A stretch of DNA of 4,143 bases, taken from positions 1 through 4,143 of IMG/VR virus record IMGVR_UViG_2671180878_000004; one strand, written 5' to 3'. Shown here piece by piece: positions 1 through 4,143 of the stretch. The stretch's first letter is position 1. Each line of letters opens with the position of its first letter. Both the position numbers and the translations under genes were made by a program. This DNA is from a virus. Its lineage: Duplodnaviria > Heunggongvirae > Uroviricota > Caudoviricetes. The notes under the pieces were generated by a model. That model was given only the letters and a program-made list of their open reading frames with translations, searched no databases and was not told where the DNA came from.

Positions 1-30
1 GGTATATTTTCTGACAGACAGTGACGGGTG

Positions 31-57
31 TTGTCAAGATATTGTGTCATTTATAAC
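31..57 (+). promoter_or_regulatory. Candidate sigma70 promoter (late pR'-like): -35 TTGTCA, -10 TATAAC
   Basis: TTGTCA at 31-36 and TATAAC at 52-57, spacer only 15 nt (suboptimal). It lies about 80 nt upstream of a strong intrinsic terminator and just upstream of the lysis genes, where lambdoid late promoters sit. Weak call; the real pR' may lie upstream of the window. Confidence 0.25.
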
Positions 58-135
58 CTGAATCAGGGGAGGCCGGAATGTTATCTGGCATTTTTAGCAG
101 AGCCTGAATGCCATAATCACGGCTCCCGGAGTTGG

Positions 136-170
136 CCGTCAGTGGGTGACACTGGCGGTTTTTTTGTTTT
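136..170 (+). terminator. Rho-independent terminator (tR'-like late leader terminator, expected target of Q antitermination)
   Basis: Seen in sequence: 9-bp stem CCGTCAGTG (136-144) / CACTGGCGG (150-158) with one G-U pair and a 5-nt loop GGTGA, followed by TTTTTTTGTTTT (159-170). It sits directly upstream of the holin gene, as tR' does in lambdoid phages. Confidence 0.65.
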
Positions 171-215
171 TCTTTACTTTCATTTTCTGTCGGCGGTGAC
201 GGAGACATACATCAG

Positions 216-422
216 ATGGAAAAAATCACAACGGGTGTGTCATACACCACGTCAGCGGTGGGGACGGGATACTGGTTACTGCAGCTGCTGGACAAAGTCT
301 CTCCGTCCCAGTGGGTGGCGATAGGTGTGCTGGGGAGTCTGCTGTTTGGCCTGCTGACGTATCTGACAAACCTTTATTTCAAGATTAAAGAAGATAAGCG
401 TAAGGCGGCGCGGGGAGAGTAA
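216..422 (+). CDS. S: Class II holin, pinholin of the phage 21 S21 family (68 aa)
   Basis: Translation [68 protein letters not shown] is near-collinear with phage 21 S68 as recalled (two TMDs, conserved SPSQW...IGVLGSL...[11 protein letters not shown]...RKAARGE tail). GGAGA at 201-205 serves as RBS. First gene after the terminator. Confidence 0.9.
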   Translation: MEKITTGVSYTTSAVGTGYWLLQLLDKVSPSQWVAIGVLGSLLFGLLTYLTNLYFKIKEDKRKAARGE

Positions 423-426
423 AGCG

Positions 427-771
427 ATGAAGAAAAAATACGAACTGGTTGTTAAAGGGATAAATAATTACCCGGATAAGATTACTGTTACTGTGGCACT
501 GGAAATTGGTGGGTATCCGTCACTGTTGTTGCCAGATGTGGCGATTAGTCTTGACCGTACTGAAGGTGCCACGCTGGAGTTTTACGAAGCTGAGGCGAAA
601 AAGCAGGCGAAGCAGTTTTTCATGGATGTTGCTGCCGGGTTATGTGAAGGGGATGGTCCGTTGCCGGAAAAGCGCCCCGTAATTTTAGAGGCGCAGGATG
701 TGTTGATAACCTACAGAGGAAAACTACCGGGAATAATTACTGGTTCTCTGAAGACTCCACCGCTGGCCTGA
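427..771 (+). CDS. Hypothetical 114-aa soluble protein between holin and endolysin (positional analogue of small DUF-type ORFs such as ydfR in E. coli cryptic prophages; not verified)
   Basis: ATG at 427 is 4 nt after the holin stop, with GGGGAGAG as RBS 9 nt upstream (translationally coupled layout). No TM segment or recognisable catalytic motif. Coding call rests on ORF length, RBS and context. Confidence 0.65.
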   Translation: MKKKYELVVKGINNYPDKITVTVALEIGGYPSLLLPDVAISLDRTEGATLEFYEAEAKKQAKQFFMDVAAGLCEGDGPLPEKRPVILEAQDVLITYRGKLPGIITGSLKTPPLA

Positions 772-821
772 AGACTTAACATATCCAGGGATTTGAAATC
801 GATAAACCCTGATAAATATCC

Positions 822-1355
822 ATGAACGCAAAAATCAGATACGGCCTGTCGGCTGCCGTTCTGGCGCTGATTGGTGCAGGGGCGTCTGCGCCTGAAATCC
901 TCGACCAGTTTCTTGACGAAAAAGAAGGTAACCACACCACGGCATACCGTGATGGTGCGGGTATCTGGACCATCTGCCGCGGTGCCATCTTGGTGGATGG
1001 TAAACCTGTCGTTCCGGGCATGAAGTTGTCGAAGGAAAAATGCGACCGGGTTAACGCCATTGAGCGTGATAAGGCGCTGGCATGGGTGGAGAAAAACATC
1101 AAAGTGCCGCTGACCGAACCCCAGAAAGCGGGGATCGCGTCATTCTGTCCGTACAACATTGGTCCCGGTAAGTGTTTCCCGTCGACGTTTTACAGACGAA
1201 TTAATGCAGGTGATCGAAAAGGTGCCTGCGAAGCGATTCGCTGGTGGATTAAGGACGGTGGCAGAGACTGCCGTATTCGTTCAAACAACTGTTACGGTCA
1301 GGTATCCCGTCGTGACCAGGAGAGCGCGCTGGCGTGCTGGGGAATCGACAGATAA
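822..1355 (+). CDS. R: SAR endolysin (signal-anchor-release lysozyme, T4-lysozyme/GH24 fold, R21 family)
   Basis: 177-aa product with an N-terminal Gly/Ala-rich weakly hydrophobic SAR segment (YGLSAAVLALIGAGASA) and catalytic-triad spacing E-x8-D-x5-T (EGNHTTAYRDGAGIWT) as in phage 21 R and P1 Lyz. Pairs with the pinholin upstream. No obvious Shine-Dalgarno ahead of ATG 822, which is the first start codon after an in-frame stop at 813. Confidence 0.9.
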   Translation: MNAKIRYGLSAAVLALIGAGASAPEILDQFLDEKEGNHTTAYRDGAGIWTICRGAILVDGKPVVPGMKLSKEKCDRVNAIERDKALAWVEKNIKVPLTEPQKAGIASFCPYNIGPGKCFPSTFYRRINAGDRKGACEAIRWWIKDGGRDCRIRSNNCYGQVSRRDQESALACWGIDR

Positions 1356-1511
1356 GAAGAATATTTTGCTGAAAAATGAGGTTTGCTCACACGGACGGAT
1401 AACACGAAATCCTGCGAACTGACAAAACCTAAGTGAATAAAAGTAAAAACCACGTTTGTTGGCAGCAAGCGGGGTTTTGTGTTTCTGACCTTGGATAAGG
1501 CAAGGGAGAAC

Positions 1512-1694
1512 ATGGAAAAGTATAAACGAATTCTGTTGAGGTTGACTATGAAAAACGGCCTTGAACTGAAAGCGCCAGTAACTGATGACATCAGCAGAGC
1601 ACAGGCTTTTGCTATTAAGTGGGTGGCGGTCGGTATTGCTGTGTCTCCGATGCTGTATGGGCTGGCAAAACTGGTCATTGCGTTGAAATCGTGA
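1512..1694 (+). CDS. Hypothetical small membrane protein (60 aa, C-terminal TM helix)
   Basis: ATG at 1512 preceded by AAGGGAG. Product [60 protein letters not shown] has a basic N-terminus and one C-terminal hydrophobic helix. The ORF track's GTG start at 1479 has a poorer RBS. No homolog recognised. Confidence 0.4.
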   Translation: MEKYKRILLRLTMKNGLELKAPVTDDISRAQAFAIKWVAVGIAVSPMLYGLAKLVIALKS

Positions 1695-1706
1695 AGAGGA
1701 TTAAAC

Positions 1707-1838
1707 ATGTCAGACAAACTCATAATGCTGGCGAAGATCCTCTGTGTAATCGTCGGCATTTCATTTTCACTAATGCTGGTTGCTCTTTTTCTTTCCATGG
1801 GCTGGATGATGTTATCTTCGTCGGGGCTGCTGGGGTGA
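1707..1838 (+). CDS. Hypothetical hydrophobic peptide (43 aa, single TM)
   Basis: ATG at 1707 with strong RBS AAGAGGA 7 nt upstream. It starts 12 nt after the previous ORF's stop and ends 11 nt before the Rz start. Product [43 protein letters not shown] is almost entirely one TM helix. Absent from the ORF track, presumably because of a length cut-off. Confidence 0.35.
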   Translation: MSDKLIMLAKILCVIVGISFSLMLVALFLSMGWMMLSSSGLLG

Positions 1839-1849
1839 GCATAAACCGA

Positions 1850-2308
1850 ATGCTTTCCGCGTTTACCGTTATTCTGCTGGTGGTCTGTGGTGCGCTTAGT
1901 CTGGGGCTGAATCATTACCGCGATAACGCCATCACCTACAAAGCGCAGCGCGATAAAAAAGCCAGAGAGCTGGAGCTGGCAAACGCAACCATTACTGATA
2001 TGCAGGTGCGCCAGCGCGATGTTGCTGCGCTCGATGCAAAATACTCGAGGGAATTAGCCGATGCGAGAGCTGAAAATGAAACTCTGCGTGCTGATGTTGC
2101 CGCTGGTCGTAAGCGCCTGCGGATCAACGCCACCTGCTCCGGTACCGTGCGTGAAGCCACCGGCACCTCCGGCGTGGGCAATGATGCCGCCGTCGAACTC
2201 TCTCCGGTTGCTGGACGAAACGTTCTCGGTATCAGAGACGGAATCATCAGCGACCAGGCTGCATTGAGAATGCTTCAGGAATATATCCGTACTCAGTGTA
2301 TTAACTAG
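1850..2308 (+). CDS. Rz: Rz i-spanin (inner-membrane spanin subunit, 152 aa)
   Basis: From ATG 1850 the product [65 protein letters not shown]... matches lambda Rz closely as recalled ([33 protein letters not shown]). N-terminal signal-anchor TM plus coiled-coil periplasmic domain. The 229-aa ORF-track version is an artefactual N-terminal extension. Confidence 0.9.
   Translation: MLSAFTVILLVVCGALSLGLNHYRDNAITYKAQRDKKARELELANATITDMQVRQRDVAALDAKYSRELADARAENETLRADVAAGRKRLRINATCSGTVREATGTSGVGNDAAVELSPVAGRNVLGIRDGIISDQAALRMLQEYIRTQCIN
2061..2267 (+). CDS. Rz1: Rz1 o-spanin (outer-membrane lipoprotein), fully embedded in the +1 frame of Rz
   Basis: Product [39 protein letters not shown]... has a lipoprotein signal peptide with lipobox LVVSAC and a proline-rich mature region, as in lambda Rz1 (MLKLKMMLCVMMLPLVVVGC...CVKPPPPPAW). 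GAGGGA upstream of 2061. Start could instead be the Met at 2076. Confidence 0.85.
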   Translation: MRELKMKLCVLMLPLVVSACGSTPPAPVPCVKPPAPPAWAMMPPSNSLRLLDETFSVSETESSATRLH

Positions 2309-2331
2309 TATTTTTGTTATCCGGAGAATGC

Positions 2332-2556
2332 ATGAAGAAATTACTGGTAACCGTAAAGCCTTTTCAGGGAACAATTCCGTTCCGTATTTTGCAGCGTGGT
2401 CGTGTTCTTGTTGAAGGTTCGTTCAGTGGTAAATGTACGCAATTACACTCCCGGACCTTTCAGGTGAATGCCACGAATGAAGAGCTAACCGTTGAGTGTA
2501 CGATGAATGCCGCTAAATGCCGTATGGTATCGGCTGCATTACAGCCAGTGTGTTGA
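2332..2556 (+). CDS. Hypothetical small Cys-rich protein (74 aa)
   Basis: ATG at 2332 with GGAG 5 nt upstream; the track's start at 2314 is TTG. Product MKKLLVTVKPFQGTIPFRILQRGRVLVEGSFSGKCTQLHSRTFQVNATNEELTVECTMNAAKCRMVSAALQPVC has four Cys and no TM. Occupies the Rz-to-cos interval where lambdoid phages carry morons (bor in lambda). Confidence 0.5.
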   Translation: MKKLLVTVKPFQGTIPFRILQRGRVLVEGSFSGKCTQLHSRTFQVNATNEELTVECTMNAAKCRMVSAALQPVC

Positions 2557-2815
2557 GCGACCTTATTATCCATGCGCGGTATTGTCGCCGTATTCCCGTA
2601 TTAACAGAGACCGCAGCCCGACAGGGAGACTCCTCTGCGCGAGTGTGCGGGGATAATCAAAAACGATACACACCGGGGTTTACCGCGTTAACGGAGCGCG
2701 GCGTTGTCCCCTCATGGTCGCTGGTCCGGTGCGATGGTGGAAGAAACTGGACTTTGTTGCAACTGATAATCATTATCATTTTCACGGGTCCTTTCCGGCG
2801 ATCCGGGCCGTTACG

Positions 2816-2827
2816 GGGCGGCGACCT
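2816..2827. other. cosN: 12-nt cohesive-end sequence GGGCGGCGACCT (terminase nicking site)
   Basis: Exact lambda cohesive-end sequence GGGCGGCGACCT, preceded by TTACG and followed by CGCGGGTTTTCGCTATTTATGAAAATTTTCCGG as at the lambda genome end junction (recalled). Lambda and phage 21 share this cohesive end. Sequence upstream (about 2690-2815) also resembles the lambda right end, including the cosQ region. Confidence 0.85.
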
Positions 2828-2864
2828 CGCGGGTTTTCGCTATTTATGAAAATTTTCCGGGGAA

Positions 2865-2878
2865 AATCATGTCGGTAC
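2865..2878 (+). repeat. cosB R3-like small-terminase binding site (AATCATGTCGGTAC)
   Basis: Matches the R1 copy at 11 of 14 positions, in direct orientation, exactly 100 bp upstream of R1. Arrangement R3 (direct), IHF, R2 (inverted), R1 (direct) mirrors lambda cosB, but the repeat sequence differs from the lambda R consensus. Confidence 0.55.
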
Positions 2879-2888
2879 TTCTCGAACA

Positions 2889-2901
2889 TAACTATTTGTT
2901 T
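2889..2901 (+). promoter_or_regulatory. Putative IHF site (I1-like) between R3 and R2
   Basis: TAACTATTTGTTT matches the IHF consensus YAANNNNTTGATW at 12 of 13 positions, followed by a T-tract. Lies between oppositely oriented R sites, as I1 does in lambda cosB. IHF sites are degenerate, so low confidence. Confidence 0.3.
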
Positions 2902-2923
2902 TTTCTAATATCGAATCCGTAAA

Positions 2924-2937
2924 GGTCCGACATGAAA
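2924..2937 (-). repeat. cosB R2-like small-terminase binding site (GGTCCGACATGAAA, inverted copy)
   Basis: Exact reverse complement of the R1 copy TTTCATGTCGGACC (14 of 14). Separated from R1 by a 27-bp partly palindromic spacer. Confidence 0.6.
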
Positions 2938-2964
2938 ACGCCTGAAAAAGTCATTTTCGGGCAC

Positions 2965-2978
2965 TTTCATGTCGGACC
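2965..2978 (+). repeat. cosB R1-like small-terminase binding site (TTTCATGTCGGACC)
   Basis: Third copy of the 14-bp motif, 24 bp upstream of the nu1 start codon, as R1 is in lambda. Confidence 0.6.
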
Positions 2979-3002
2979 CTGTATTTGTTGTGAGACTGTT
3001 TC

Positions 3003-3548
3003 ATGAAGGTTAATAAAAAGAAACTTGCCGAAATTTTCAAAGTGGATCCGCGAACGATTGAACGCTGGCAGTCTCAGGGGCTCCCTTGCGTCTCCGGAGG
3101 TGGTAAGGGCGTTGAATCTGTATTTGATACCGCCACGGCAATTCAGTGGTATGCGCAGAGGGAAGCTGATATCGAAAATGAAAAACTCCGTAAAGAGGTT
3201 GAGGATTACAGGGCTGCCAGCGAGGCAGATCTCCAGCCTGGGACTATTGAGTACGAACGCCATCGACTTACGCGTGCGCAGGCTGACGCCCAGGAGCTGA
3301 AGAATGCCAGAGACTCCGCAGAAGTGGTGGAAACCGCATTCTGTACTTTCGTGCTGTCACGGATCGCAGGTGAAATTGCCAGTATTCTTGACGGGATCCC
3401 TCTCTCAGTACAGCGGCGTTTTCCGGAACTGGAAAACCGACATGTTGATTTCCTGAAACGGGATATTATCAAAGCCATGAACAAAGCAGCCGCGCTGGAT
3501 GAACTGATACCGGGGTTGCTGAGTGAATATATCGAACAGTCAGATTGA
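3003..3548 (+). CDS. nu1: Terminase small subunit (gpNu1 / phage 21 gp1 type, 181 aa)
   Basis: 181 aa, the same length as lambda Nu1. N-terminal winged-HTH region [36 protein letters not shown]... is related to but clearly diverged from lambda MEVNKKQLADIFGASIRTIQNWQEQGMPVLRGGGKG... From about [18 protein letters not shown] to the C-terminus it is nearly identical to lambda Nu1 as recalled. Sits just downstream of cosB. Confidence 0.92.
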   Translation: MKVNKKKLAEIFKVDPRTIERWQSQGLPCVSGGGKGVESVFDTATAIQWYAQREADIENEKLRKEVEDYRAASEADLQPGTIEYERHRLTRAQADAQELKNARDSAEVVETAFCTFVLSRIAGEIASILDGIPLSVQRRFPELENRHVDFLKRDIIKAMNKAAALDELIPGLLSEYIEQSD

Positions 3549-4143
3549 TATTCTGCGGCGTGATGTACGCGCCGGGCTGCGAGCCCTGTTCAGGCCGGAG
3601 CCACAGACTGCCGTTGAATGGGCGGATGCCAGTTACTATCTCCCGAAAGAATCCGCATACCAGGAAGGGCGCTGGGAAACACTACCCTTTCAGCGGGCTA
3701 TCATGAATGCGATGGGCAGCGACTACATCCGCGAGGTGAATGTGGTGAAGTCTGCCCGTGTTGGTTATTCAAAAATGCTGCTGGGTGTTTATGCTTACTT
3801 CATAGAGCATAAGCAGCGTAACACCCTTATCTGGTTGCCGACGGATGGTGATGCCGAGAACTTTATGAAAACCCACGTCGAGCCTACCATCCGCGATATT
3901 CCGTCGCTGCTGTCTCTGGCCCCGTGGTATGGCAAAAAGCACCGGGATAACACGCTCACTATGAAGCGTTTCACCAATGGTCGTGGCTTCTGGTGCCTGG
4001 GCGGTAAAGCGGCAAAAAACTACCGTGAAAAGTCGGTTGATGTGGCGGGTTATGATGAACTTGCTGCCTTTGATGAGGATATTGAACAGGAAGGCTCTCC
4101 GACGTTCCTGGGTGACAAGCGTATTGAAGGCTCGGTCTGGCCA
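3523..4143 (+). CDS. A: Terminase large subunit gpA, N-terminal 207 codons (partial, runs past the window end)
   Basis: GTG start at 3523 overlaps the last 26 nt of nu1, as in lambda. Translation [130 protein letters not shown]... is near-identical to lambda gpA as recalled. Open to the window end; missing from the ORF track because it has no stop in the window. Confidence 0.92.
   Translation, partial: MNISNSQIDILRRDVRAGLRALFRPEPQTAVEWADASYYLPKESAYQEGRWETLPFQRAIMNAMGSDYIREVNVVKSARVGYSKMLLGVYAYFIEHKQRNTLIWLPTDGDAENFMKTHVEPTIRDIPSLLSLAPWYGKKHRDNTLTMKRFTNGRGFWCLGGKAAKNYREKSVDVAGYDELAAFDEDIEQEGSPTFLGDKRIEGSVWP

Noticed and set aside
28-324. 98-aa + strand ORF (GTG start) overlapping the terminator and the 5' end of the holin gene in another frame
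   Set aside because: It runs through the terminator hairpin and T-tract, has no RBS, and overlaps the well-supported holin out of frame. Frame noise.
711-1159. Minus-strand ORFs 711-935 and 776-1159 antisense to the endolysin
   Set aside because: They overlap the conserved endolysin CDS on the opposite strand, and their translations are low-complexity with no recognisable features.
1419-1447. Possible promoter for the inserted small ORFs (CTGACA ... AGTAAA)
   Set aside because: The -10 candidates fit the consensus poorly at the key positions. Not supportable from sequence alone; the insert is more likely transcribed as part of the late operon.
1298-1915. 205-aa minus-strand ORF spanning the endolysin 3' end, the insert and the Rz 5' end
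   Set aside because: It is antisense to well-supported genes at both ends, the translation has no domain character, and there is no convincing start context. Most likely a chance open frame in AT-rich DNA, though antisense transcription across the insert cannot be excluded from sequence alone.
1619-2308. 229-aa ORF-track version of Rz
   Set aside because: The N-terminal 77 residues are an artefactual extension overlapping the upstream small ORFs. Rz homology and a proper signal-anchor begin at ATG 1850.
1936-2374. Minus-strand ORFs 1936-2247 and 2054-2374 antisense to Rz/Rz1
   Set aside because: Antisense to the conserved spanin genes. Rz is GC-rich with Ala/Arg-rich codons, which generates long open antisense frames by chance.
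2517-2908. Plus-strand ORFs 2517-2849 (110 aa) and 2714-2908 (64 aa)
   Set aside because: Both read across cosN and into the cosB R-sites. In a packaged genome this is the chromosome end, and the region is homologous to non-coding lambda cos DNA.
2865-2978. Possible CRISPR-like array (three copies of a 14-bp repeat)
   Set aside because: Only three short copies, one of them inverted, with unequal spacers, located between cosN and the terminase gene. This is the cosB R-site arrangement, not a CRISPR array.
2967-3484. ORFs overlapping nu1 (3025-3300 +, 2967-3263 -, 3206-3484 -)
   Set aside because: Alternative-frame or antisense ORFs inside the strongly supported small-terminase gene.
3618-3977. 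ORFs 3618-3812 (+) and 3795-3977 (-) inside gpA
   Set aside because: Out of frame or antisense to the large terminase coding sequence, which is near-identical to lambda gpA in its own frame.

Overview
This window is the late region of a lambdoid (phage 21-type) phage or prophage, most likely enterobacterial, all on the + strand. In order: the end of the late leader with a strong intrinsic terminator (tR'-like, 136-170); a lysis cassette with an S21-type pinholin (216-422), an unassigned 114-aa ORF (427-771), a SAR endolysin (822-1355), a 494-bp insert carrying two tightly packed small membrane-peptide ORFs (1512-1694, 1707-1838), and Rz (1850-2308) with embedded Rz1 (2061-2267); a small Cys-rich ORF (2332-2556); the cos site (cosN 2816-2827, cosB with three 14-bp R-site repeats at 2865-2978); the small terminase subunit Nu1/gp1 (3003-3548); and the 5' part of the large terminase subunit gpA (3523 to window end). 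All homology statements come from reading the sequence and comparing it with lambda and phage 21 sequences from memory; no alignment or database search was run. The most interesting unexplained content is the pair of small hydrophobic ORFs between the endolysin and Rz, followed by the 114-aa ORF between holin and endolysin and the Cys-rich ORF before cos. The packaging module looks mosaic, with a lambda-type cosN, non-lambda cosB R-sites and Nu1 N-terminus, and a lambda-like Nu1 C-terminus and gpA.
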